Below are positions 13,271 to 27,710 of a stretch of 64,000 nt of DNA, one piece after another. Position numbers and translations under genes: made by a program. The notes below the pieces were generated by a model. It was not told where the DNA came from. It saw only the letters and a program-made list of their open reading frames with translations, and did no database searches. The first letter of the stretch is position 1; the number at the start of each line of letters is the position of its first letter. Location: contig JBEUKZ010000046.1 in NCBI GenBank assembly GCA_048128005.1, positions 1 through 64,000 of the forward strand, written 5' to 3'. The stretch is from Veleropilina oligotropha (Eukaryota).

Positions 13271-13438
13271 TTCTCGCAACAGCAGTAAAACCGAAAACAG
13301 GGTATGACGTATCAGAATCCGGATTCTAATTCCCCCGGATCATATTCGAGAAGGATAGCAACTGGGCTGCCAAATACATTACAAAAACAGCTGCCTACTG
13401 TTAATGGTTACCATGTGTGGCCCTTAGTTACATTTTGG

Positions 13439-13602
13439 CTTAGCCCGCTCTGGCCTGGCTTATTCTAAGGCTTAAAACTATTAGATGGCATATCACTAAT
13501 GTATGTCGGGCAGATCGGAGTGAGACCTTAAACCGGGTGTCCCGACCACGTTAAGGCTGCAAAATTACCATAGGGATCGTAAAACAAAATAGTCAACTCA
13601 AC
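13439..13602 (+). mobile_element. SINE family B, 5'-truncated
   Basis: Matches the family B 3' part; perfect TSD tacattttgg at 13429-13438 and 13603-13612. Confidence 0.9.
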
Positions 13603-14090
13603 TACATTTTGGTTTGGTTGATTTCTAATATGCCTATATAGTTCACATTTCACATATTTTTGCTGATATCAATATAATTTCATCTAGAATACGATTTGCA
13701 TAACGAATTTACACAATTTGATTCGATTTGGCGAATTTAATTATTGACTCCCTATTTTTATAATTTTAAATTCCCCTTGCGGTCAATTTGGGCGTTGCAT
13801 ATCCTATTCAATTCACCATGCCATTGTCTCGTGATCTAAAGAACATATTGAGCCTAAATTGATGCTTCTACGAAGTAAATTTTCAACGTTGCAGCCTGAA
13901 AATCGGTAAACCGGATATTGTATTATAAAATCCGGATCCGAATCACAATGACGGATCCAGGGATAGATCATATCATGTGCAAAAATTTCAAGTAATTTCG
14001 GAGCAATATTTTCGACATGGACATACATATATACGGAGACCCGATTGCAATATCATTAATCTTCTTGTTCGATTCGTACCAGATTATGAG

Positions 14091-14323
14091 TTGAGTTGAC
14101 AACTTTGTTTTACGACCCCTTTGGCAATTTTTCGGCCTTAACGTGATCAGGACACCCGGTTTAAGGTCTCACTCCGATCTGTCCGACATACATTATAGTG
14201 ATATGCCATCTATTAGTTTTAAGCATTTGAATAAGCCAGGCTGGTGCGGGCTTGAACCGTCATCCTACCGTCCCACATAACGTTTTTCCGACGCTCTAAC
14301 CAGTTGAGCTATCGAGGACGGTC
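14091..14323 (-). mobile_element. SINE family B, full length
   Basis: Highly similar to 28532-28771. Confidence 0.9.
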
Positions 14324-14869
14324 TATTATGAATTACGATTATGATTATTATGATTATGAATGCTTGCATATGGCACATAACAGTCTAGCACTAGCGTGCG
14401 AAGTAACTCTTACACAAACACTGTTATTGTGTACATGAGGTGGACACGGGCCTAAAACTCCATAACACCACCACCTATGACTATATCGCATTTTGCATGT
14501 ATGGGGCCTACTACACATACACCTTGTGAACATACACATGTATGTACTTACACAAATATACTGTTCCATGTGGTAAGATTGCTTGATTAACAGTATTGGT
14601 GACGCCGTGACTACTCTAATATAGGTAAAGTAATGGGTTAAGTTATAGTTTATTGGTAGGCCTATATTTATCGCTAGTGTGTGAACGGCGCTTTATTCTA
14701 TAACTTGAAGCATCATGTTTTTTTATGAAAATATCCTATTATAGATTTTTCTGCTACACTTATCTTAGCATCTGCCAGACGTGGATGAAGCAAGGCTAAA
14801 TAAAGATATTTCAGCTTACTTGGATTATTAACTTAATTCCACCTGATCGATTTATGGCTGTTTGCAGAT

Positions 14870-15790
14870 TTAACGGGATTAGGATATCATTTTCGAACTC
14901 TTCGTAATGCCGCTTTTGAAAGGAGAAGAAGACAATGGTTTTTTAGTCAATATTTTCAAAAACCAATGAATTTTGACAGATTTTCCCTTTTAAAGACCTT
15001 AATAAAGTGAAAATTGAACCGCCGCTGCCTAAATATGGCTGAGTTTGAGTTAAATACGCCAGTCATGGAATTTACAAGAAACAACACCGGACAACAAATC
15101 TTACAACAATCCCGATTGAATTTACATGGTTTTGTTTGATGCTTACATTCGTATTTTTGCACCCTGCATGATCGTACCAGAACATATTATGGCGGAATGA
15201 AATCCCAGGAAAACTGCCGGCACCGACAAGTTATTTATATCTGTGATCGTTAACTGCATAAATTGTCGAGCTAAAGATTCGAATGCAGTCACGTAAGTCA
15301 GATCAGTCTACTGCACCCAAGAACGGCCGAATTACATGGGAATATGTATCAGTGGTATGAGTAGCAAAGACCATGTACATAAAAAGTCTTACAATTTCAT
15401 AGTAATGGTGCTATTGGTCAGAGGACAGTTGATGTTTATCAATACACATCATGAGCAGGATATCTAGACAATAGGACTAGTAGTGTCAGTAGCTTCATTG
15501 TTGCAGCAAACAACCCAAACAATGGATTCACTGAAGTTGCTGAATGACAAATGATTTTACAAGTTGCCAATGGAAATGTCGAAATTCTTATCAGCTCATG
15601 AGCGCCTTATGGTTGACCATTTAATGTTTTCATGGCTTACAGCTTGCAATGTACAATATATTTTCATGATGTGTATAACAGGTAATACACTAACACGCCT
15701 CATCGATTTCTCCATAACACTCATGTTATGTATCGCTTGGGATGACGGCGCAGTATCTATTACAAAACTGATAACTCTATTATATATTTC
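14870..15790 (+). pseudogene. Decayed GT92-like remnant
   Basis: YMVLFDAYIRIFA (~15125-15160), SVYC..PNYMGI (~15305-15345), VANGNVEIL (~15570), Q..FHDVYNR (~15670), LCIAWDD (~15735). Spacing matches the 200-1245 copy; cut by a MITE at 15801. Confidence 0.45.
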
Positions 15791-15800
15791 GTCGCATACC

Positions 15801-16342
15801 CAGTGGCGTGGGAGTCGGTGGGGTAAGGTGGATATATACTCCCCCAAAGAATCTCTGATAGTATAGTTCGATCCCCTAAGACCTTTCAAAGTCCCGGTGA
15901 TCCTCCTGTCTCCCCCAAATTTGCAATCCCTTGTCATATATTCAGCTGCATATTATATTTCAAAAGCGTCTTTGGTCCTCAATCTTCGTACATACGCGCC
16001 AAATCACACATGAACTCTACCTGTAAAGAACTAGTTATACTCGTTGCAATTTTACTACGTAACCCACGCACCCCTAACCAAATTTATATATTTTGAATTA
16101 CATCAACACTTTTTATTCCGATAGATAAGGGTTGTGAGAATGTTTCATAAATCACGGTTTAAAATAGGACATTAGCAATCTCAAATTACAGGAGAGGGGG
16201 TTTCACAAAGTTAATTGTCAAAATTTTCTTCCGCTTTAAGCTCCACCCCACGCGGACATTAGATAGTATAATTCGACTCCCTTCAAATTCCTATTTGATA
16301 AAAAAAACTATCATCCTACCCCACTGATGCCTACGCATAATG
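15801..16342. mobile_element. Degenerate MITE (CAGTGGCG-type terminus)
   Basis: Left CAGTGGCGTGGGAGTCGGTGGGGTAAGGTGGATA vs reverse complement of right end GCGTAGGCATCAGTGGGGTAGGATGATA; no clear TSD. Confidence 0.55.
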
Positions 16343-18374
16343 TATTCAATACGTTTAATATGATATAATGTGATCGTCACTGTAATGGTGTTACACAAGG
16401 AATCTTAGTTGTAAAGCAGTTGTGAATTATGTTATCTTAATAATTTCAACGTAAAGAAATTGTGAATTCAACATATGTTCTTGGAATCATTATTAAATTA
16501 ACAAGAATTTGTACAAGGGGTTACGGAATACATCCTGGTATCGATTAGGAGATTAACTCGCCTTACGTCAATGGAAGGTGAGTGTTTACATTAACGGCAA
16601 GTCTAAATCCTGCTTAATTTAAATGTTTCCTGTTCGGCATCATGCAGAACATAATATTATATCACGGATAATGAATAACTTGAGACAAAATCCGGATTAT
16701 TGGACATTTATACATCTCATCATACCCACGCGTCTAACATTACTGTAACAGGAGTACTTTTCATTCTACATATTCTAGTGGCTCATAATGTCAAATCACC
16801 AGACACACTTATTATAGAGAGAGTATCTGTTTTGATTATTATCGGAAAAATATGAGTATAGTTGAATTCAATATGACTATTCGTCGAGAATCCCCCGTGA
16901 AAAAAAAATGGATTATATATCATACGAAGTATTGGTTACTTCCGATTCTAAACGATCCCCAGAATTTAATATTATCGTCTCATTTTGCATTTTGAGCCCA
17001 CATAACAACGAGATCAAATCTTAAAGCAGAAACAACCTAAACCGTGTTTCCACGTTCAGAATATCCAGAAAAAAGAACATGCATGACATATTCGCATATT
17101 CAACTGTGGGTCACCTTTCGAATTGCCCCAAAGGGTGAGAAAGCATTAAGCTTTCGGTTTCTACATTTAGTAAGCAGACAATCTGTCATTCGTTGGTCGA
17201 GTGAATACGACTATGGTTTCCAAATCACGATGACTAAATCAGAAGCCAATAATTGAATTCAGTGTGTTCTGTTCACTTATCTGAGCGTGTTCTCTCATAT
17301 TACACTCAACTAAATTGAATCAAAACAACTCTATGTCCAATTATACTGGAACCTATTTTTCATCTTTTCGTCCTCATTCCAACCTTCCGTTCTCTATTTA
17401 CATAAACATACAAGCAAAATAGAAGACGTTATATAAAAGTAGTCATCTGCCTAACACGTTACATTAATACTCCAGGTAAAATATGACAATAGTAGCATTA
17501 TGACATATTTAAAACGGTCTTAGATAAAGTGCTCATGACGGATGATTCCGCCTCATTTTATCCTGAAGGTTTGACTACTTGAACTTATTTAGGCAATCTA
17601 GATTATTAAAAAAAGATTCACTTCGGATGGTGGATCTGACCACGTGACTCCTTCCCCAAAGTGGCCACCGAGGAATTGTATTTACCCCATCTAATTCATG
17701 GACCAAAATTTATCAAAGCAGATTATTATGATAGTTGGTTACAAAATAAGAAAAAACTATTTTGGGGCAGACTACCCAAAAGCCCCCGTTCTCGAGTGTG
17801 GTTTAATTACGTCATAATCGATATATGATGGTATATTACAATAGATAAACTGACCAAATATCTTAGGTGGAAGTTGTAGCAGTCAGATTCACTAAAGTAC
17901 CACAACTCCATTTTTTGAAACGCCTTTTGTGCACTGGGAGGGGGATTAAACCCATCAGCTACATGAAGAAATTTTCTTTTCAGAAGATGCTCAAAGAAGA
18001 ACATAGATTCATAGAATTAAAATAAATACAAATAAAAAAATTCAACGTCTTCTTAAGTGTTTTTATTGATTATCGTATGAAATTAATGCAATAAATACAA
18101 AACTCTCACTCTATAACTTTTGCATAATGGCGGGTTTTATAATTGAACGATATTACACAGTGCACTCTGAACAATGGGAAATGACAGAATTTTGCAGTCC
18201 ACATGTTGGATAATCAATCATACACTAAATACTAACTGGGACAGGGAAAGCATCTTCCTAAAACACACCGAATTTCCTTGTTAATGTTGATAAAATTGGG
18301 AAAGAAGGATAATATCTATTCCTCAGTGAATGCATTGAGGATCCGAGCAGTCTTGAATTGGGAATAATAATAAT

Positions 18375-18587
<213 letters not shown>

Positions 18588-18664
18588 TATTCATCCGACC
18601 TAGATTGGTGATGTCTTCCTGTCCCACCAGCTGGACTTCCTCACCAGCATGCTAAAATAATAAA

Positions 18665-19500
18665 GCAGAAAATTGGAATGGGGAAGTGTTAAAATATTCT
18701 CTGACACCAGGTCCACTGTCATTAAATCAGGTCGTTGGTACAATGCAGAAAACTCATAAAGCTATGTTTCTGTAACATCCAAAATCACAAGTTACTACAA
18801 CACCTCCAAAATCAGTACATACAACCATCATCAAGGCTTCATTATCCCAGCACTTGTTGTATTGATGAAATCAGCTGTCCCGTCCACATTTGGTGGAGTA
18901 TGCAGATTTATTTTTGAGCACATTCCAACAGAAGAAGGCAATACTATACATTTTGTCATCGACAAATGAATGTTTCCTTTAATCAAACATTGCGAAATGG
19001 GTTTAAACAACACAGAGTACCTTGTCGACAGCTGGAGGAACAATAGCCTGGCTGATGCGTTTCAGCACAAACTTATGAACATATGCTGCAGCTACAGAAT
19101 GGTTGATGGTAGAGAAGTAAAAAATACATTGTGCAGCGTTCATGCAAATGCACAGGCCCAAACCGTGTTGCCATCCGTACATATGACAATGACGCCTTTG
19201 TTATTACCTCAGGATGCTACCAATTGTTTAACCAATCATTTAAATGATATGGATAGAAGCTCCAGACATACATCAGAATAAACAATTTTTGTGAACTATT
19301 TGGCGAATCATTTTTGCAACTCCCCCCCCCCCCCAACCCAGCTTATCATGCCTTCGCCGGTTGTGACTACAGTCCATCATTCAGCAGATAAGGTCACCGA
19401 AGCTTTTCAAAGGAACAATGAAGCACAGACAGCATGTAGTCAACTGGGGTATGAGACAGAAATAAGTAAAGCTACCATGGCCAAAATAGAGAAGTTTATT
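18665..19500 (+). pseudogene. Academ transposase XPG/PIN-domain fragment (frameshifted)
   Basis: KYSLTPGPLSLNQVVGTMQKTHK, PSTFGGVCRFI..IHFVIDK, VAIRTYDNDAFVI, YIRINNFCELFGESFCN, AYHAFAGCDYSPSFSR*G (HAFTGCD..S.F..KG motif). Confidence 0.75.
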
Positions 19501-20194
19501 TTTATATATTTTTTATATATTTGTATACAAAGAATTTAGATGACAGTGCTCTACAGCCATGCTAAAGGGTACTACTATAAGAGATTCAGATTAAACGTAT
19601 CTTATTGTAACAAACAAATACAGAAATTTCTACAAAGTAGCTTACAATTTCAGTTATTACAGATAATAATATATGTCTGTAGTATAATTATTTACAGTAT
19701 TGCTATTTGAAATTGCGAGGCAATCACCACTGGAATTTGGTTGGAAACAGGAATATGGCTGCTGCGGAGTAAAAATGTTCTCCAAAAAACCTTAGATGTT
19801 GTTTGCAGTGAATTAAGAAAAAAGTTAAGAAAAAAGCTGATATAGAACGTAAATAACAAATTAATTTTGATTAACTATTGTTTCCACTATTTTATCAATT
19901 CGATTAATTATATATTTTATTTACTTTCAATGGTGTACACAAAGGTAAATAGAAGATTCCTTTGAAATGATACATTTTAATACTATAACCATCAAAATGT
20001 TTTGTGATTATGAGTTGTTGATGTTTTTAGGGTAGGTTGGGATTTTAAATGTTCACATATCAAGAATTAAACCCCAAATTGAAGCACACGAAACTACTGC
20101 CATTTGCCAGTCAGGCACAAACACACAACCACGCAGAACGAGATAACTCCATCACCGAGTGACAGATATTTGCCATCCATGCTGGGTTCGCTGG

Positions 20195-20905
20195 GTGCTA
20201 GGGTGAGTTCAATTGTAGCGAACATTAGCTAACGCAATCTAATGTTAGCCATAATATTATATTAAAGTTGAACGATCAACATGAAGCAACTATTTCACCG
20301 TGTTAGCTGAGTGCAAGGGTAACCTCAATTGGAGCGAACATTAACTAACGCAACCTAATGTTAGCTATATATTAAATCTGAATGATCAACATGACGCAAA
20401 TATTTCACCGTGCGGAGCACCGGTTTAAGCTAGTTACAATGAATATATATTTGCAACTATTTGCCTGCTTATATGTTTTTAATAGATTAGCATTAATTTC
20501 AGACTACTATTATTAATTAGACTAATAGTGCATATCCTATGCATATCTTTGTCATCTTGATGTCAAATTGACAAGTGGGCCGAAAGGAAAAAAATCAAGA
20601 ACTTTACATTTTACATTTTTTGTCTTATTCATCTAGAACCATGAGGAGTGTCCATGTTGGGTTGAATCGGCGCAAGGGTGAGTTCCATTGTAGCGAAAGT
20701 TAGCTAGTGCAATCTAATGTTAGCTCAATATTAAAATTGAACAAGCAACATGAAGCAAATATTTCACCGTGCGGAGCAAGGGTTAAAGCTAGTTACAATG
20801 AATATATATTTGCAACTATTTACCTGCTTATATGTGTTTAATATATTAGCATTAATTTCAGATTACTGTTATTATTTAGACTAATAGTGCATATCCTACA
20901 TATGC
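20195..20905. repeat. Internal duplications within the Academ element
   Basis: Three copies of GGGT..TCAATTGTAGCGAACATTAGCT..TATTTCACCGTG; ~230-bp duplication 20315-20545 vs 20675-20905. Confidence 0.85.
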
Positions 20906-22157
20906 ATAATACTGTCATTCTATGGTTCAGTGTACTGTGATATTTCTTTCAATTTATACAACCTGCCTTTTGTAAAAGTAATAATTGTAGAGCGAGAGTT
21001 TTTATTTAATGTACTAGCACATGTCTGTGGAAGTAATTGTATAAAATAAACAAAATAAAATCACGATAGAACACATATGTTGTATTTATTTTATTTCCAT
21101 GATTCTTCTGTGAGTAGCATCTGAAAAGATGGGTTTAATCCACACGTCCAACACACAAATTGGATTTCTAAGCCGGCCCTGATGGGCTTTTACGTCAACT
21201 TCCCATTAGATGATTGCTCAGTTTTATCTTTTATGTAATACACTATCTTCGATTTTACAAAGTTTAGTTCATGTAACTTATCATGTAAATAAACCACACT
21301 CGGGATGGTTTGTTTTTAGGGGATGGGGTTCTGACTATACGCCTTTCATTCTAAAAATTTGATCACTTTTTTTTTAATCTATCGTCATAACAATGTTCTG
21401 ATATATTTTGGTCTATGAATAAGATGGGGTAAACACACCCCGGGGTCACTTTGGGGGGATCGTGTGGTCAGATCCACCACCAGATGGGAATCTGACAAAC
21501 TTTTAAAATTAATCTAGATGGCCTAAATAAGATCAAGTGGTCAAACCCTCTGTTAGAATGGGGTGAAATCATCCGTCGTACTGTCTCAGACTATCCGGTT
21601 TATGACCGGTTCTACCGCTTGTTTTGGCATTGTTGGAATATTAAATTCGCGTCTCGCGAATCCGTTTGTATAGAATCTGCATTTTCAATGAAATATGTAT
21701 TACTGACTATACAGAGGTGGCGCCAGAAAAATCGATGACAAAATGCTTGTTGCTAATTGCAGTTGAGCATGTGTAAACTGAGGACAGTATATGAAAAAAG
21801 CTAAGCAGAATTAATAAATTGTGAAAAGTCAACATCGATTAATAATGGAAATTACACGATTAATTATTTTTGCAAATATTATACATAAATTATACCACCA
21901 CACAATGAAAAGTGTCACTGGTCTAATAAGCATGCCGATCCATGCTGTTATGTGGGCGTGTGATAGCTGATATGCTTTATGACATGAATATGTTACTGTG
22001 GATCGGATATACATGACGCTGTCGAGAATGATATATACTGGTGCCGATATAAATCTCTTTAAATCAGGAGCAGATATATATTTATTATTGTTTTAAATTG
22101 ATCTTACAAAACATATATAATAGAAATGAATTTTAGCTCAAAATCAATTGTCAATAA

Positions 22158-23659
22158 GGGACTGGTCATTTATTATAGCGGGGTGGTGGGCCGGTGGAAA
22201 TGGGGGGGTCATGAAAAAAATACAGGCTTTAGGGTTGGGTCATGAAATAAAAACACAGTATTTTTGGATGGGTCATGAAAAAATTACACAACATTTTGTA
22301 ATACACAGAATGCAGGAGAGGGTGTTTTACACCGTTAATTGTCAAATTTTTTCTCTGCTCTGATCACAGGTATGTTGAAGATTTCAGCCTAGTACCCCTT
22401 TTCAAAATGCTTGAGGGCTGATTCATGATAAAAATATGTGTAATACTTTGGTGAAAATGAAGTATAGAGGTTGTGCAAAATTACATATTTGGTTTGCGCT
22501 CTCAGAATGCAGGAGAGGAGGTTTCACACCATTAATTGTCAAAAATTTCTCTGCTTTAGGGGTGGGTCATGAACAAAACGTGTTTGGTGTTATGCAATGA
22601 AAATAATACACAATTTGTGATATTCATATTGTTGATAGTGATTCGAAAATGTTGATGGTAAGAAACAGCACGTTTGCACTCCCGGAATGAAGGAGAAGGA
22701 GTTTCACACAGCTAATTGTCCAAACTTTCCTCTGCATGGGGAGGGAGGGGACACGCGGACAGTTCATAACAAATTATAACAGTTGGATCCTATCCATTTT
22801 CAAAATGATAAATCTTTAAGGGCGGATCATGAAATATTTTGCCGAATGTCCGACCTCTTCTAGGTGAATGTGACCCTTCTTACATGTCCCTACGCAGTGA
22901 AGAGGTCGTCTTGACCAGACTGCGGATTGGACATTGCTACTACACTCTCTCTCAATTTGACGCATTGGTATGAACCAACACAGTCCAATACTATATGTTT
23001 GACTGTTAGGTCAGTAGCCCAAGGAGTGCACCCAGGTGGCTGTTCCCATTTAAGAAAGGAGAAACGAGAATGCCCAATTCTCGGTCTGGCCAAGTCGACC
23101 TGTAAGGGGGGCCTCACTCACCAAGAAGATCCTGGATATTCTGCAGTTCATTCCCCAAGGCGATCATCCCAAATACATTGCCATGTAGTTTGAATGTATT
23201 TACTTATATGGTACTTAAAATCTGAATATGGAAATTTGAAATTTATAATTTGGTTAATTTGTAAAGGTGACTTTGCTGCTTTATAGCCTTTTCATTGCCT
23301 TCGATGCCAATCCAGCTTAAAATGATGTCATTTTTAAGAGATTATTATATTTGAGCAATAAATGTTGTATAAATACATGACTATTCACCCCCCTCAAAAT
23401 TCTGGACATAGTTCCACACAATTTCCTGCTGCGCGGACAGTTAGGAATACAGTGTAAAAGTTGGACCCCCTTTCAAACTTCAGAATCCACACCCATCCCA
23501 AATTCACCCCTGAGGGTGGGTCATGAAAAAAGACACACGGTCTGGGGGTGGGTCATAAAAAAGACACACGGTCAGGGGTTGGGTCATCATTATTGGCTCA
23601 ATCAGTAGACCATTTCCACCGGCCCACCCCCATCCCCCCTATAATAAATGACCAGTCCC
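22158..23659. mobile_element. Non-autonomous PIF/Harbinger-like element
   Basis: TIRs GGGACTGGTCATTTATTATAG..GGTGGGCCGGTGGAAATG / CATTTCCACCGGCCCACC..CTATAATAAATGACCAGTCCC; TAA TSD on both sides; internal repeated GGGTGGGTCATGAAAA motif. Confidence 0.85.
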
Positions 23660-24227
23660 TAAATGACATGCAACAGAATTGGGTCCCAGAACGTTTTAAA
23701 AGACTCTCTTTATTTTGTTAGCTTTGCAAGAGTCATTATATGTTCAACAATGTATCATTCACCTATAAATACTAGAACACTACTGTCACAAGATTGTCTT
23801 TAACGATTAAATATATCATTATTAATTCAGCATTTATATGGTGAAAAATTGTTATCGGCCACGCTCGTCGCTCATACGCCCATTTATCTTATATAGCCCA
23901 TTTAACGGTTGAATCAACCGTCTCAATGCGCTTTGACATTATGCAAACGGTGAGGATCCCAATTGTAAAAAAAACCATTAGTCGTACTACTTTGTGCTTG
24001 TTATTAGGTAAATCGTTTCTTATCTGACTGGAGAATGCCGAAAAATATCACTACGCAGATCTAGTTGGTTGAAACCTTCGTTTAGTGTTCTGGCACAGTG
24101 ACTACAACAAGCACAAGTTGACCATCTGAAAATTTAGCTCGTGGTGAACCATTCATGGCTGAGGATGTTCACAAGGGTCATACGATTCTACCGCATTTGA
24201 CCTTTGTGAATGGCTTCTCACCACGAT

Positions 24228-24357
24228 CTGACAGGCATACATTAGGGATATGCCATCTATTTGTTTAAGCCGTAGGATAAGCCGCCGGCTGATCTCGAAC
24301 CCGGGACTTCCAGGCTGCCTCGGTTGGGTGTTTGATGCGCTATCCATTCACCCGCCG
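24228..24357 (-). mobile_element. SINE family B-related partial copy
   Basis: CATACATTAGGGATATGCCATCTATT..ATAAGCC block shared with family B; different tRNA-like head (GGTTCGAGATC). Confidence 0.7.
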
Positions 24358-24412
24358 AAGCATTTAGTTTGTATTTGATTTGATATTTACTTCAGCGCTG
24401 CGGAATCACGTG

Positions 24413-24712
24413 TTTATTACTTCCGCCAAGGTGGTTATGTGTTCGACCCGGTTAGTATATTTTGTTTTTCTATCAATAGGATATCTAAAAAGGTTACGGA
24501 CAGATTTTGACGAAATTTGGTGTACGAATCGGTCTTGAGCCAAGAACCAATCGATTAGATTTTGGTGGCGATCCGGGTGTGATGACGTCATTTCTGGATT
24601 TCAGTTTTCTGCTTTAGCGGGAAACTTATTCGTCGAAGAAACTTTTGGCTGCAACCATAGTGTTTCACGTCGATGTCCTGATCGTGTGCCTATGGCGGAG
24701 GTTTATATCTTG
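24413..24712 (+). mobile_element. Non-autonomous Helitron/Helentron-type short element
   Basis: Starts TTTATTACTTCCGCCAAGGTGGTTATGT, ends TGGCGGAGGT; related fragments at ~4960-5100 and ~13840-14060. Confidence 0.6.
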
Positions 24713-26039
24713 GATTAATCTTGTTGTATCTAGATTTCGATTAATACCGCATATGTAATCATTGTTTTATCTGGGGTACCGAACACGTTAGCATTCCAGA
24801 AGCGTTGTCATATTTAGTCAATGCTAAAGTTATCATTTATCTCTAAGAATCATGATATAAAGTGACAGCTTGATGTGTAATTAATAATAGTGTGGCTTCA
24901 AATTCACTTGCCTGGTGGACTCTGATTAACAGGAAGGGGTTCGAATCCTCGTTTGGACCCTTTGTTCAAGTTCACCGACATTCATTGTAAAATCGTAGTA
25001 TTAAAATAAGTTCTCAGTTACTGACAATGACCTTTTGTGACTCGTTCTGACTGTTTTGATCCATTGATTAAATTATCCAGTCATTTTACAAGAAAGTCGT
25101 AATACACGTGTGTATTGCCGTTTTGAGTAAACACTTTGACGGTATATAAAGGACTCGGATATATGATAAAAGCCATGATCACGTCTTTCCGTGTATCCGC
25201 TATTTAAGTCGATACGATCAGGTATCAGAGATAGCAGACACACGAACAAAACGTTATCTTGTCCAAATAATAAGCTAATATCAGTTAAACATCCATGTAA
25301 AGAAAATTCGGTTAAAATTCCACTAACATAGTTTTTTGATTATGATTTAATATTTTTTTTCTGAAAAACCGATAGTGGATAATATATGTGCAATACTATA
25401 TTCGAAAACATTTTAATAACGCATTGTGAAACTATGTATTTCCAAATAATACCTAATTAATGCAATTCAGGTGTTATTTCTTTATCTGTAAAATATTTTC
25501 AGAAAATCTTACATCAAGTCTTGTCATTACCGATCCAACAACATGCAAGATGTTCCAGTGTGATGTTTTAATCCAATGTTATGCATTTTAATATAATAAC
25601 ACAAGTTGGTTGTTTTAAAGTCGCGTATTATCGTTTTGTCCGTATTTGTCCATACGTAATGTAATATTAGATTCACTAAACATTAATTGAAGATAGATAG
25701 ATATAATTATTGACTTTATTTTCCTTCATGGCATACAATAATTATTTCAAGAAATAGAAAAGCATAATTATAGGTACTCTCACCATTGTATCTACAGTAT
25801 ATGAAAAAGATTACTACTTGAGTTTACTAGTTCAATAGTAACTAAACCTTAAGTGGCAACCTTTTTCATATATTGTAGATACAAGGATGGGGAAACCGCG
25901 TCGATGAAAGAGTATAAAAGAGGTTGCCCAAATATTTCCATGCTAAAATGCATATGTATCACAAAACGTTTAACGAAATAGTAAATTATATTATTAGTAC
26001 TTTTATTTTGATACTAGGGTCGATGGAACGCTCAACTAC

Positions 26040-26430
26040 AATAAGACGACATAACAACGATATCAAGAGCAGCCACTTGGATTCTAGTTGGATCACATGA
26101 CACCACATATATTATGTCGCGTCGGCGGTATCAAATGTGGAAATTGCTGGCTAGGTTTTGTATGCACCGTCTTCTCCTCGTGTTCATTTCGTTTGCCAGT
26201 GGCAGGAATTGCGTCATCAAGACATAATCTGTCTGGCTTTGTGCTTCGTAAATAATACATTAGCACGTACCAGCTAAAATTTCGCCAAGATAGGACAATT
26301 GCTTTCAAGGGAAAAACGATGTGAATAGCTGGATGTAATGACAAAACAATGAAACGTATAATGGAATCAGATAGATACTGTAAAAAACCCATTGGCATCC
26401 AACAAGGGTACGCATAAACCACCATTTAAG
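26040..26430 (-). pseudogene. Possible decayed GT92-like remnant
   Basis: ORF 26093-26425: VVYAY..IIRFIVL..WRNFSWYVLMYYL..KPDRLCL..HNICG; QVAALD just downstream. Confidence 0.3.
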
Positions 26431-26625
26431 GGGATTTTAGCAGTAAAGGAATTTCCACATCGATAAAAATAGGCCTACTGAAGCCACTCTCCTACGAATG
26501 ACGTCATTGTACTAAAGAATGCGGGACGCTAGGGACGATAACTCTCTCTGCTTGGACGGTGTACTAAATCCAAACAGTGTTTATTATTGTGCTAAAGTTT
26601 ATTCTTGGATATCTTGAAAGAATGT

Positions 26626-26890
26626 GGTCGATCCGGCAGTCGTGGGGTTCGGTTGCAGACTCCGAACATCACTGGCTTGATTTCAATGACACGAACAGAA
26701 GTGAGTTCGAATCCCGGTTGGGGTATTACATTATTTGTTCAGTTATGAATCACAGTTGTCCGTAACTGGTCGGAGAGGGCGGGTTTCTCCGGGCGACCGG
26801 CTATCCTCCCGCGATAATATGGACATGTCCTGTTTTGAACCTAATGGTTTTAAATATACAGGACATTAAGCATCGATTCTTTACTTTCGT
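26626..26890 (+). mobile_element. SINE family A, full length
   Basis: Perfect 12-bp TSD ttgaaagaatgt at 26614-26625 and 26891-26902; B box GAGTTCGAATCC. Confidence 0.93.
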
Positions 26891-27290
26891 TTGAAAGAAT
26901 GTACATAATATGAATATGCATGCATTTCTCTGAAAAGAAGCTTTACCAAAATTATGCCGTAGCTATTGGCAGTGATAATTTGTATGCCGTAGATTGGACA
27001 CCTTTATTATATATAAAACATCAGTTAAAATTAAAAGACTTGTTGTCGTTCCTTTTAGCGACACCAACAAGAATCCTACTAAGCAAAACCTGTGTTTGGC
27101 GCAGTCCATAATCATATTGGCGGTTCTCAATATCCCAATAGCTACTTAGCGGGATAGTATCTAATAATAGGGAAATGAAATGTTCGACTATAGCGCGTAA
27201 TTTTGATCTTTTCGAAATGCTCATAGCTAAACTGTATCAATTCTTTGTTATTTTGTTTTACTCGAATTCGGAGATTATCCATGCAGGAGT

Positions 27291-27520
27291 ACTGTCCTCG
27301 ATAGCTCAACTGATAGAGCTAAGTGAAACGAAAGGGTAACGGTTCTACCGGTCACCAATCCTTCGAAAGGAGACGTAAAAACTAGGTTCCTACTAAAAAA
27401 TGTGATTGTAAAACCAAAGTGATTCTCATCGCGTATTACACATGAAAGCGTCGTCTTCCGGCACTAAACACTGTATCAGTCTACTGGGTAGAGACGTTAA
27501 ACCAGGACCTCGACTACAGA
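27291..27520 (+). mobile_element. SINE with family B-type head and two Deu/Nin-like cores
   Basis: ACTGTCCTCGATAGCTCAACTG head; GGAGACGTAAAAACTAGGTTCC and GAGACGTTAAACCAGGACCTCGAC. Confidence 0.5.
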
Positions 27521-27584
27521 CCCAACTGTTAGCTAAACACAACTATGAGTTTTACTGCGAGCTAAGACGAGGGCTAAGGATGAC

Positions 27585-27710
27585 GTTATAATCTCCCTCT
27601 CATAATCAGGATCGTTATATGACCGCTCGATAAGAGCGTAGCTCCGAGTTATAATCTCCCTCTCATAATCAGGATCGTTATATGACCGCTCGATAAGAGC
27701 GTAGCTCCGA
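27585..27710. repeat. Perfect tandem duplication, 2 x 63 bp
   Basis: 27585-27647 is identical to 27648-27710. Confidence 0.95.
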
